A stretch of DNA of 64,000 nt, taken from Takakia lepidozioides. Lineage: Eukaryota; Plantae; Bryophyta. The notes beneath the pieces were generated by a model. It did not search any database. It had not been told where the DNA came from and worked only from the letters and a program-made list of their open reading frames with translations. The DNA lies in contig CM060731.1 in NCBI GenBank assembly GCA_030704615.1, positions 13,020,001 through 13,084,000 of the forward strand, written 5' to 3'. Each line of letters starts with the position of its first letter. Position 1 is the first letter of the stretch. This document shows, one piece after another, positions 33,584-47,300 of the stretch. A program made the position numbers and the translations under genes.

Positions 33584-35394
33584 GGCTCCTGCCCAAGCTG
33601 CTCTGAATGTTTCCTTCAGGCCTTCATCTGTTGCGACCTGACTAGTATGCAGCCTTAGCAGGACATTGACATCCGCTGAGCACTTACAATTGTTGCAATT
33701 GATAAGAGATTGCGAAAACAACAAACAAATACAGAGACCATTGGTGACATGATCTATAATCGGCAGTTTGTTTCTATACTGCAACACGTTTGATTCAACC
33801 TAGACATTAGTGAGTTGTTCCCAGTGCGATGAGCAGATGAACTCCTTTACCCAAGAACTCATGGCAAGTTCAACTTAAGGCTTCACAAATCTGGACTAAA
33901 AGTTCCTGAAGACAATGCATAAATGCATGAAGGAGAAAATTTGGCATCCTTCCTTACCCATAATTTAACTAGACCTATATCTGTAAGCTTATCTTAGTCT
34001 GGTCTTTCACACTTTTTTCGAAGAGTATCGATTCTTTGGCTCCTTCAGATGTTACATGAAATCACCCCATATCTGATGACCTCAGATGGAGCTCAAAGAA
34101 ACATTATATGTCAGCGAAATCAAAGCACTGGACTGCAGTCGGTAGCAGAATGACGAAAGAATCTGGAGAGGCCAAGAACCTTCGAGGTTGCGAACACTGG
34201 TCGGTGCAGTGGGTTGGGGTCTGATAGGCTTCACAACAAATGCATCTCCTGACATAACTGTGCTTCTGTCTGCAAACTTTTCTCTCTATCTAGAACGCCA
34301 AAAGCTCAGCCCCCTTGGTCCGGGTTCCGAGAAGAATTTCCCATCAGATTGTTGCATTGGTGAAGAGCTCTTAAAGAAACCCGGAATACAATTATTACAC
34401 CTTTTCCTCCTTCCTCCCTTCATTCCATTCTTTGAAGTTATGATCCAACCTCCATCCTTTTTCCTCCCTCTTTCTTTCTTTACCCGCGTCTTTCAACCAT
34501 ATATCAAGCCTTATTCTCTGAGTGAAATACTTAATTTTCTCCAAAGTTCCTCTCTCCGATGTTCGCCTCTCTCCCCTTCCATCATACATCCAATCTTATA
34601 CTCTCAGAATAAGCTTCCGATGTTTTCTTGAATGTCTTTCTTTGATTTCTCATTACATGCTGTCTCAACTCCTCACACTCTTTACTTCCAAGTGCTTCCC
34701 TACGCCATCCATCTACACGCTACCCGGACTCGTATCACTCAATCGTGGTTGCTCCATATATATTATCTCCTTCAAAGATTCTTTGTTCCTAACTAAAAGT
34801 CCCGTTAGCAACTTCATTTAAGACCTGTGCTATGCCTTCTCTAAAACACGAAGGTGTTGAACAAAGCGGGTAATGAGCTGCTGCCGGCTGGCTTCCACAT
34901 GCCAACACACCCTGCCAATGCCATCAGACTCACCTGCAGTTCACGTGGTGGTTACATTATGGTTTGCACGTTTCCTTTGCACATACTTACACCACTGCCT
35001 GATAAATATTTGGACTACGTCTAAACGCGACTCTGGCTAACTACTAGCTAGCATAGGATGCAGTTCGCAAGTCGTAAGGTTTGCATTCAAAGTATTCGAA
35101 AGGAAGTATTATCAGGTGGTCTTTCGTGGGGATACTAAGTTAGATATCAATTGGAAGATTACTGTAGAACCAACTTGCATCTATTAGTGAAGAAAAGTAT
35201 GTGTCTTGAGGAAGATGTGTGTAGTATCATAACTCGTGAATCGCTCAACTTTCGGAGTCTCCAGGTCCTTCCTAGGTTCTTCCATTTTGACAACGTTGCC
35301 CGCCCTAGATTTAAACTTACGTGATAAGGTAATTGCAGGTCTCGAAGTGGCAGAGTTGAAATGAAATTACGCTCCACGCGATAGTTTGGAAACT

Positions 35395-38300
35395 ATGGCG
35401 GATTCGAAATGTTCGGAGAGTCCGTCTGTAGATACGCAATCTGTTTACCGGAAAGCTTTGGAAAATCCAGTGCTTGCAGAGCTCAATTCAAGCAGTTCTT
35501 CTCAGGATCTCAGGGGCATTTTGTCAGGGGGGCGTCCGAATTTCCCAGCCAATTTCCCGCCGGAGAAGCGAATTCCAGGCACGCGGTTCATAGTGGATGG
35601 GTTCCGGTCAGCTGGTCCTCATTCGATCGCATATTTTTTGTCACATTTCCACAGTGATCACTACACTGGAATTACATCTCTCTGGAACAAAGGCCTCATC
35701 TTCTGCTCAGAAATTACGGCCTCGCTGGTGCTCCACTCCCTCAAAGTTCATGACTCTCTTGTAATTTCTCTCCCCATTGGTGAAAGCATCAGCATTGATG
35801 GAGTTGACGTTACTCTAGTAGACGCAAACCACTGCCCTGGGGCTGTACAGTTCCTTTTTCGGGTGCCTGAGGAGGGAGGTGACATGTTTCGCCGTTATGT
35901 ACATACAGGGGACATGCGATATGCACCCTCCATGAAGGCGGATACGTCTCTCTGTGATTTTGTAGGAGCTGACGCTGTGTTCCTGGACACCACATATTGC
36001 AACCCTAAGTTCGTGTTCCCCAGTCAGAAAGAGTCTGTAAATTATGTGGCTGACACTGTATATAGGTTAACGCAGGGAGATGAAGGTGAGGGAATGGACT
36101 GTGAGGTTACAGAAATTGATAATAATATAGCGGAATGCGATTTGAATTTCAGTACGCTAGAAGCCGAAGATCATGCAGAGAACAGAGCCGAATTCGACCA
36201 AGAGATGAATCCTGGGAAATACGAAGGCTCAAGGGTTCTGCGTACCGGTAGAGTGACTGACGGTGACGCAGCAAGCGAGGATGTGTGTGTCAGAGACATT
36301 TCCACTGGTGCAAGACAACAACGTCTGGAGTCTGAGAGGGTGGAGGGAACGGCACCTAATAGCATCTCAACGCTTTTCTTAATTTCAACTTATGTGATAG
36401 GAAAGGAGAAGATTCTTACAGCTGTGGCGAATCGATGTGGGTGTTTGTTGCATGTCGATGAGAGAAAGCTCTTGATACTTAAGTGTTTGAACTTGGAAGA
36501 CGTGGGAATTTTTACAACCGACCCAGCAGCTTCAAATGTCCACATTGTGGGATGGAGTTTTCTGGGTGAGACTTGGCCATATTTTCGGCCCAATTTCAGC
36601 AACATGGAGAAGCTTTTGACAGAAACTGGGTATAGGAGAGTTGTGGGCTTTGTTCCTACAGGTTGGATGTATGAACTAAAGAAAAGATCTTTTTCTGTGA
36701 GAAGGAAAGGGCCCTGTGAGATTCATCTGGTGCCCTACAGCGAGCATTCAAATTATGACGAACTTCGAGAATTTGTTGCATTTCTGAGGCCCAAAGAGAT
36801 TATCCCCACTGTGGGCCTTGAAGGGGGAGGGATGGATGGCAAAGCAGCTGCTGCAATGCGGAAACATTTTCGCAACTTGGTAGATGAAACAGCCAGCAAG
36901 AGAAAGTTTTTGAAAGGGTTTAATCGCAGAATTATTGATGGAACTGATTCTCCAAAAACCATGCAGTCTGATTCTAAAAATGTCTCTCTTGAGCTAGAGA
37001 AGCACAATCCTACAGGAGCTAAAGAAGAACCGACTGAAGGAATTGAGACAAAGGAGGGGATGAAAGGTACGTTTTGCCAGGGATGCTATGTAACAAGTTC
37101 AGCGCCAGTGAGTCAACTGCTGCCCAGCTCCACGGTCATGTGCCATAGCACATGAGTCTTGCAAAGAGACAAGATGAGCCTGGCAAATTGTTCCCAGAAT
37201 TATTCTCGAAATACATTTTTAAAGCACTCCATAGAAGATAGTTGTGAGAACTAGAGGCAGGGCTGATTTTCATCTCTGAATTGGTCTAAATTTCAATGGG
37301 TATTTGAAGTGGTTGTTGTTTATGCATCTTCTGAGGCTTCCATTTAAACTGTATTCACTGTGCTGCAAACAAATGGGAGAACATCCGAACATACCTTTGA
37401 CAAGCTATTTGACACATCCTTGATACTTAATAGCTGTCTCCAATTGTCCTTCAGCTGAAAATCCAAGATTTGAGCTGCCCCCTAGAGCTGCATTTGGAAG
37501 AGGAGCACGGAAACGACGCCGAGAAACTGACAGACCATCGGCAGAAGCTGGAGAAGCAGGAGATATTTACAGTCAGGCAACTGAAACAGGTCAGGAGTTA
37601 TAAAGTAAAGAGATGCAACCATGGCTTCCCTTCTCCTGTTGTAGAGCTGCTAGAGGTAAGGTTAAAGGTTTCAAGGTACTTGCCATGCAGTGTTCCAGAG
37701 CACCATCTTTTATATTGCTTCAGGGCTGCCTGGTTGAAAACTCGGGCAATACTATTTGTGATTCTTCTGAAAGCTATGAAATGCTTGCACAGGTGCAAAC
37801 GTATGCATTGAACAAAAGGTCCAAGGAAGTGGGAGAGATGAAAATGACCATATATGTGCTGACAGTATGAATGCCCAAAGCTCAACATTGGGTGCTTCAC
37901 AGAGAGGTGCAAAAGTTTCAAGTAATCCTTTGGAGTTGGGCCTCAGACATGGAAACCATGGCACTACTGGTGGAGTGGAGGAGGGACAGCTGCGCTCGAT
38001 TCTTCCTGACTGGGTCAGGCAGGACCAGATTGAGAGGCTACTGGCGGACTCCAAAGGAGATGTAAATGCAGCCCTCGCTGAGTTTTATGACCAAAACTCT
38101 GAAGTGAGGAATGGGAGTATTGAGCAAGGGGGAGGGATGGGTTTGGGGGACAACTCCATTGCAACTAGCGAAGGGAGAGTCAGGGTAGAGAAGGAAAGTG
38201 AAGGACTTCCAGGGATAAGTGTCAGCTTAAAGCAGGGCCTTGTAGAGGGTATATCACAGAGCCCAAAAGTCCAGTCCACTGAAGGAAACAAGCTGGGGTT

Positions 38301-41300
38301 AACGAGATTATCAACCTCTCAACCTATTCCCTCACCAAAAAAGTCTGCTAGTAAGGGCAGCTCACGGTCTTCAACCCCAAACAGTAAAAGTCGCCCACAC
38401 AATACGAGTAAAGCTGGGAGGGGTAAATCAAAAGGAACAGCGGCCACTCCATTGAAGAGGAAAGGACAGGGGTTGCAGCCAACCATTTTGACATTTTTCC
38501 AAAGAGCACGACCGGAGTTGTCTCAGACCATAGAAGAGTTGGCTGGCAATGATGGGGAGATTAGTGAAGTCATTGGTACCACAGAGACTGCAATTTTTGG
38601 TTTTGATTCAACTGGCTTGAGTGGGCTGGAGGAGGATAGTCAGGCTGACCAAAGGTTGAAGACAAACATTTTGACGAAACAGAAGAGTTGTGCAGGAAGT
38701 GATGACATGCCTCAATCAGTGGACATCACCGAGCTTGTGGAAAGTCTTACTCCTGCACGGCTCCTTGTAAACAATGGACATGAATGGGGTGATGAAATCC
38801 AACAGCTGTTGTCTATTTTGGACGGAGAGATAGCAGAGGAGGGTGCTAAACAATTGCTCCAAAAGGCAAATGGGGATGTAGGCAGGGCCATTGATCTATA
38901 TTACAGTGTGAGAGCAGACAGTGCAGGAATTTTAGTCAGCAAATCTGTTGTCTCCAGTAGCAAAGTGGGGTTTATTGAACCCATCGAGGCTCATGGTGCA
39001 ACATCAAAGGCAGAAGAGAGCATATTTCAATTGGCAAATAAAGAGGAACATTCTGGTGACACACTGCCAATTGCCCCTGCTATTTCAGCTGAATGCATGG
39101 TAACCCCCAGCCAGCTGTCTAAGGCCACAATAAGTGAGCCAAAAGTCTCTTCCATAACAGAGAAGAAGATGGGCTCCATTGGAATGCCGATTGGCAAATA
39201 TAATCCAATTGAGCATGGTATGTGATTCTTCTCCAGCTCTTGGGTTTGCAGTGCAAAGATCTCCAATTAGGAAAATGGATTGTCGCTGGTTTTAGATCAT
39301 TGAACCTTCCCTACTGGGCCTTCAATGTGGATGTCCCCAATCTGACACCTGTGTGGTTTCTAACTTGCACCCTGCTCTAAATCCCAAACTCCAATGATAG
39401 GGGCAGTCATGGAGCATTGCCTAAGGGAGCTAATAAGCAGGAGTAGATCCAGTAGTTGCAGGGCATGCTGTAAAGTCATGTGGGACCTTCAGTGACACAG
39501 ATGTAACCAGAGTGTTGAATACATATTATCTTACACAAAGACTAGCTGTCTTATCTTTCACACCCTTGCGCATTTTGACAAACTGGATTGGCATCCAATC
39601 ATGGGAAGGAGAGAGTGAGCTGTAGTCATCACGTAAAACAGGTGTCAAATCTAACGTGTGCATGGAATACGTGGGATATAGCATGCTGGAGAGTTGGGGA
39701 GGCAGCTCCTTATATCCACCTGGCACGTACATTTGATCTGGTGGAGCGGGAAAGTGGGCGCTTGAAGACATCTGATATGTTATGCAACATGTTTCGTAGG
39801 TGTGTTAAGGAGTTTCCTCCTTCTTTCTTAGAATTGTCAGTGTCATTGTACACATGCGTGTGTATGGATGGGTTCCTGCTTGTATGGTCTTATGTGGGTG
39901 GTACCTGTGGGATGCAAGGTCTAGCAGTGCTGCACAATATTCTTGTTGTTTACCATCTGCCCTGGTACATCTTTCTATTCAATGTAGGTTTTCCTAATTA
40001 GCTCAATGAACGCTTCATTCTTGGCAATGTTTGGTTTGAGATTGCATTACGTGAGCTCTGAAGACAATGCAAGGTCAGGCAAGCTATTTAGTTTGATGGA
40101 TGGAATTCTATGGTGCAGTTTGTTGGCTTTATCACCAGAGGATGTGCTCCCTGCCATCTATCTTGCAACCAATCGTATTGCTCCTGATTTTGAGAATACA
40201 GTAAGCTCTTATTCACAAATATCTCTATATGACATCATAGTGTTCATCTGGTGTCAGGTTTATTCCTGGTTATTGCTTTTGGTAATACTCCCCTAGTTTC
40301 AACAAGCCAAATTCTTGGAAAAAATATTATGGTCTGAAGTCTGAACCTATAAGTACTCCCTCAATTGTGAATTTGGTTAAAGAGTTCATATTCCTCAAAA
40401 TGTTTTTCTTCTGTACTTATTGCTGAGAGAATCTGCTTATTCAGGATCTGAACATTGGAGGGAGCACAGTAGCTGCTGCCATCAGTGAGGCAACAGGGAC
40501 ACCCCGGCCGAAATTGAGAGACATGTATAACCACATGGGGGACCTTGGTAGGTTGCTGTTTTATCTTTCAGTTTGAGAGTTGCATAGAACTCCAAAAGGT
40601 AAGAGTCCACTGTTTTCTATGTGAATATGTGCTTCACTGGAAGATGGAGAATCACGAGTGATCACTTTAACTAGTGGCAAATGACACATGTCTCTACCTG
40701 CAGGGACGTGGGGTTGGGAACTTTCTGGTCCTTGCATGGAAGCTCAGTGACATACTAGAACCTCTGAACGTGGGACCAAACCGAATTGATTCCAAAATGG
40801 TTTTTTTCACTCACACTTTAGTCTCTCCCCTGTAGAGACAATGAAAAGGCAAGACTGTGTACCCTGCTGCAGCCGCGGGTGGATATACATCATATGAGCA
40901 AGTCATGTACCCTGCTGGAGCCACTGGCAAGTGTAGATGTATACACAAGCACAACCCATAACAAAAATAAGCCTAGATTTTGTGCCGGCCATGTCGGCTC
41001 TTCTTCATCAAGAAATTTGAGTTGTTCTTATTTGCAGGATGGCTTAGAAAACATCTTTGGCTATAGATCAACCACACAACACATAGTGCAGTTCATGGTG
41101 TCAGATATGGAGATCCTAAGGTTCAAAGGTGATACTCATTGTTCTGGCAATCATTTACTGGCAATTACAGACATGAAGATTGAAAACGTTGCTCCTAGAA
41201 AACAATTTATATCCAATTTGTAAGACATTTTGGTTTGCCAGTTGATTCCTTCCTGAACTAACTAGAACTGCCAAGTTAATATGTTTGCTACTTCTAACAT

Positions 41301-44300
41301 TAAGATGGGGTTACCAGGTGATGTGGCACAGGCATGCCGTCAAAACCAGTCAATGCTCAGGACCCCCTCACCTCTCCGTATTCGTCAAGTTTTTTCTGCT
41401 CTCCATCAAATAAGGTACACAAAAAGCCTACGTTGTCTTGCTGTCTCAGAAGTGAAGAAAACCACTCTCTCTTATCCTGCATAGTATGATATCCAAGGCA
41501 GATACTATTCTCTTTAGAGAGTCCCAATCTCTGGCAGATGCGTTCAGCTGAGAGGATCCATGGGGCACCTCGTCTGCAGATGTTGTTTGAAGGGGTGGGA
41601 AAGTGTTTCTTGTTGTTATACTTTGTCCCATGGGTCCTCAAGGGCCCCTCTGGACATTATGAAGTTTCTCACTCTCTTTCTCGTCCATGCCACACACAGC
41701 AGATTGATGCTTGTGTGAAGGGCTTCCTAGAGGATACCTGGAAAGCCCGAACTAATTGTTTGTATCAAGGTAAGTCATACTACCGGAGTGAGCCCCTCAC
41801 CAAGGTAGTTTCTTGTCCCTATTGTTCCGCTCAAACTGGGTGTGGGGTCGATGGCCACAAGGCCACAGCCTCAAATCAAAATAAAGTCTGCTTGATCAGA
41901 AGCTGGTATTTGTGAGCAGGATGTTGAGTTAGGTGTCTTCTTGTCAGCTATCCCTTTGAGTGTCATGACGGACACTGTGGGGCCCTAATGTATAAGAAAC
42001 AGGGGATGGCAAGGAGGATGCTTGACCATTGTACTCGCTGTGGGATAGCTGTCCAGTAGACACCATCAAGAGTCCACAACTCAATGGTCACAGCCTAGTT
42101 ATGTATAGTTGATCCGTATGCAAAATTGTTCCACGCAGACAAACTGTTCTTTCAGGTTTGAAGTTAAAAAGATGTATTTAGGTGAAAAGGTAGCATTCCT
42201 GACGATTTTTTTGTTTGCAGTAAAGAGTCTGGAAATGGAAGTGCAGCCCGCAAGAAGGGTCTAATTCTGGGACTTTTGCGGGCTTGTAGGGAGAATGAAA
42301 CAAAATACCTCATCCGTACACTGGTAAGGCTTTTCTACAATTACCAGTTATGATCTCTCCATTGGTAAGACTGTTCATTGTCAGTTCACTTGGCTGTAGT
42401 CAATGCTGATCAAGTCGGTCTACTCCAATGAGTAGCCTCTGCAGAGTTTTCTGTGATAAGGAAGATTCAATTCGTGGTACAGGGTGGGGTCATAATAGGG
42501 TTGTTCTTCATTACATTGTGAGTTGTGATATCAAACAGGAAATAACCCCAACACTGGATTGGGGCAGGTACAAAATATGAGGATAGGAGCTATGATGCGG
42601 ACAGTGTTGCCGGCCTTGGCCCAGGCGGTTGTGTTTCATCGGTCTCTTCCATTTGATCAACCAGCAGAGAAGGCACATGAACATCTGAAAGCAAAGCTCC
42701 AGGTGAGTGGCTAGCCTTGTGCTCTCAACTAATTTTTTTGGGACCTGAATGCTTAAATTGCATCTATTTATTTGATCCTGGGATAAAGCAATTGTCGTTC
42801 CTCAATTATGCTGATGTCTGTGATGATGTGGACTGCTCTTGTCCAGGAGGCCTCAACAGCGACTGTGGAAGCCTACAACTTTCTTCCAAATCTGGTTTAG
42901 TCCTTGGCTTCCTCTCTTTTGATGGGGTTGTCTTGTTGTTCACTTCGTTCCACGAGTCCTCCAGTCGTGGAGGCTACAAAGTCTGCTTGTTTGTTTGTTT
43001 GTTTCTCTTTTTCATATAAGCTGTTGGTTTGCTTGTGTCCATACTCTCTCTAGACCTTCCATGAGCGTAGTAAAAAAATTCTTCCTTTCTTCTTCTTTCC
43101 TTCCTCTCTCATGTTTTCTTCCACTTTGTCCCATAAGCTCTAAGAGCTTTCCGCGGACGTTGTAAAGCACCATTTCATTCATTTCATTTCATTCTTCTTG
43201 AAGTATATACTAGCATGAGATCAGAGGGAGACACTACTATCTTCTCAGAGACTGTTCATCATTTTGAGTGGCATTGAGTTGTGCTTGTATGCTAACTTGT
43301 AAGAGGTGTCTTTGGGCAACAAGCTAAGCCTATTAGTTATGGTTTGGTTGTTTGTTCCTCAGTCTTGTCTCATAACTTTCCTCCATGATGAACTCTCTGA
43401 GTGACATTTTTTGTGGTGCTTGATTTGCTTCTATAATTTGTTATTGTAATTCGGCTGTGTCCTCCCTGGATATAATAATTCTTTCTTCGTTTTCTCTCAC
43501 TGTAGTTTCTGGCAGGCCCTTCATTGACATGTCTTACCCCAACTTTTGGATTCAAGAGAGAATAGCTGGGTAAGGTTATTTTGGAGGGTAGTCTGTCAGT
43601 CATAGTGAACCAGTCTCTTCATTAACAGTGTATGAGCAAGTTAACCATCCTCTACTTGCCACTTGCTAGGGAGTATTCACTAAGTTCTATCGTCTACTAT
43701 AGCTAACTCTATGGCTTCTTGCAAGGTCCCACTTCTAGCTTTCTGTACATCAGGTCTGATGTTATCTCTCAAAGCTTGCACAAAGAAGGTAACCTGAATT
43801 GCATTAGTAATAGATTCTCCAGGCGATTTCAAAGTATGCTCTCGATACTTATCGACATAAGTTTGAACGCTGAATGCACCCTGTTTTAAGGCCGTTCAAG
43901 CTTGGATGTTCCGACCTTCCTCATCCTGTGGTACAAAATTAGACTCAAATGTACTAGGGAAATCAGCCCAAGTGACAGGAAGTCTAGCGTTGGCCTCCAA
44001 CTTCCTCCGCCATCGATGTGCCCCATCAAATAGATGGATGACGGCATTTGAATTTTTGGCTTCATTCAACTCAATTCCACACAAGTGGAAGCATTGCTCA
44101 AATTTAGAGAGCCATTGCTCTAGTGCATCCACAGTGTGGACAGACTCTACACCCATATACTTAGGTGGACTGTAATCCTTCATCACACTCTGACAAACAA
44201 CCTGTCCTATCTGGCCAGCCTGTCTTTCCAGCCCTATAACCTGACTGATGTGCTGAATCTCAGTATAAACCTTCCCAAATTTATGATGAATTTGCTGAAA

Positions 44301-47300
44301 CAACAACCGATTGAATTCAGGTCTGATTTCTGTTGCTTCACCTCCTGGATCCTCCATCCTGATAGGCTCTAACCTCCACTAATGCAAACCACCCACTAAT
44401 GTAAACCAGTCTCTACACTAACAGTGTATGAGCAAGTTAACCACCCAACCTAGAATCCTCTACTTGCCACTTGCTAGGGAGTATTCTCTTAGTCCTATCG
44501 TCTACTATATTCTCAGCCTTGCTCTTCAAGGACAGGCCTGTGTCTCCTCCAGAGTCTCAGACTGGGTCCTCCTAAATACTCCCCGAGGATTCCCGCCCTT
44601 GCTCTGAGAACACCCTTTGGTATTCCCCTACTTGCTAACCTAAGGCCTAATCCTTGGCCATTCTGGCTGTTCTCCTTCCCTTGCTTAGTCGTAAGTCTCT
44701 TCAGCTTCTTATATGACTTCCTACTTCCAGCCACTAACCTAGTCCGTGCAATAGTCTACACGTGTTTCGTTGATGTGAAATGCAACCATAATATCTGCTG
44801 CAACAATTTAAATGCCATTTTGACATTGTATATGCAGGACATGCTAGTTCCAACACTGATCAATAGGGGAGTGGAGGCATTAACTGCGAGTGTTAGCGTG
44901 TCTTGCGGGACTCCAATCAAATCCATGCTGGCAAAGTATGTTAAAGTATCTTGGAGAGGATTTGAGTGTTTGAACATTGTTTGTTTCACATGAAAACATC
45001 AAGGCAAGTTATGAATAGGCTGCAGTCCATCAGATGACTTCAATTTATTTAATTACGCCTTACATTACTTGTGGGCACCGCATGGCAGGATAACAAATGG
45101 CATTCCAGAGGTGTTGAAACGGTTTCAAGGAATAGCCTTCACGTGTGAATACAAGTACATCATTCCTTCTCACTTTTTGTCTCTTAGGAACAACATCCAA
45201 ACTGGGAGACAGTTTCTGGCAAGCAAAGTTCGAAAGGCGAAATGTGACAATGTCTAAAGAGTACAGATTGTTGCCTGGGTTGCTAGAGAGACAGATATAC
45301 TGGATACCGAAGATCCTTGGGAGGGAGCCTGTTTTATTTGAAAGGGAAAGTTTCATAGTCCTAACAGCTTTAGTTTTGTCTTCTCGACTGAACTAGGAAC
45401 TAAGGTCAGAGCAAGCCCTGTGTATTCTACAGTTACTTTCTGGAAGGTTACCTCTTGAGTTGGTTCCTTCCATTATTGCTGGGTAGGTACGACGGTCAAC
45501 GAGCACAGATACACATGCAACCTGATGGGTCATTCCGCATATTTTCTCGCAACTGTGAGGACACCACCTCCCGTTTTCCAGATGTGGCTGAGATTGTTCG
45601 ATCATCTATGCAGCCCCTGACAAAATCATTCATCATTGATGCTGAGGTGATATATCGTCTTTCTTATGCTTATCGTTGTATCTCAAGTCTGATTGTGTCT
45701 GAACGTCTGAATCTATGTTTCCCAGTTAGAGGGCTACAGTAGCAGTGCCCAAGAAAATACAAACATTTACAAAAATTACAAACATACTGTGACACCATGG
45801 GCTGCATCAAAACATACATCCCCTGTAACTAGATTATTGTCTGCCTTAGCACTAGAAAGTTTCAAAATAAGCCTCGTACTCTGATGGACCCCACAACAGG
45901 CTCTAGGAGTAGCGGCTTGTGCCTTCAAAAGGTTACTAGAATAGTCAACATGACAAGGTCTTGTACAATGAAGTGCATACTATATTAGTCTTGACTTTGT
46001 TATTGGGTACATTCTTCTTAATTATGCAATATTTACGGCAATAAGTGTGAGATCCTTGGGGCTCTTTACTACAGTGTAAGGATGGCTTTTCATGTCAATA
46101 TGAGGCAGGTGGTGGCCATTGACCGGGAGAATGGGAACAAGCTCATGGCATTCCAACATTTGAGCACACGAGAAAGAGGGACCCGTGATGGAGCCCCTAT
46201 TCATGTTCAAAACATCAAGGTGCAGTTGCTTGTCTGCCTCTTCTGTTGGGTTTTTTTGGATGCATCAAATGCAGTTCACATTTTGAATCTGTACTCATTG
46301 CTGAGAGAGTTCAAGGGTGTAAATTCATGCATGTATTTTTGGCGGACTTAGGTGTATTGTAGTTGGTCGACTTTGTTCCATGGCCCTTGGGAGTTTATAT
46401 CTTGCCAAGGTACGTCAGAACCAATGTTCACAGGGAACAGATAATGCATGCTCGTTCTCTGTTTGGAGTCTTTTGATGTGGTTTTCTTGTTGCTCTACTT
46501 TGTTCAACATGCCCTTGGGGCTCCCTCTGGATGTTGTGACGTTTCTTTTTCTTTGGAGTGGGGGTGCCTTTTGATGGGGGACCAGCCAATCAGTACTGCT
46601 CTACACTGATGATGTTGTTCTATCGGCACAATCTCCTGTCCTCCTACAACGACAGATTCGCATCTGGAAAAATTCTCCAAAGACTATGGTTGCAGGTCAA
46701 CCTACGCAAAACTAAGATCATGGTTTTCAATGGCCATGCTGATCAGAGATTCCTCTTCAACCAGCAAGAGCTTGAAGTCATGAAATCTACGTGGGGCTGG
46801 TTATCCACTCATCCAAATATCAGTTTGCATTGACTGCTATGGACAGATTGACGAAGGTCAAGGCTGCCTCCATAGGCCTTCAGGCTAAATGCAAACAAAT
46901 ACACTTGCCCCACCGCCCACCAAAAAGTGGCTCTTCAACTTGGTTGTCACCCCTGCTGTCATTTAGGGCTGTGAGTTCTGGGCACCTGGTGTCCCAGTTT
47001 CCTGGTGGGAAAAAAATCTGGAACTGCTGCAATCGTCTTTCCTCCAAGGAATGCTTGGAGCTAAAGGACAACACGATCACAAATTATATTTGCATGCGTC
47101 CCACTTCAAACTGAGGCCATCTTCCAGCTTACAATCTTTATCAGAAGAGAACTTATGGAACTGCACATCAGGCCGACATGGAAACCAGCCACTCCGAAAA
47201 ACTGCAATTCTATCGGGAGACATTCTTGGTTCTCCATGACGATAGGATCTGTGGCCTAGTTACCTGTCTCCAGCTCTATCTCCCTCTCTTCTAAGGGCAT

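Noticed and set aside
33990-34820. Possible decayed LINE ORF2 fragments (also 32050-32400, 26400-26820, 49120-49330)
   Set aside because: Composition is suggestive, but I could not read a diagnostic motif with confidence.
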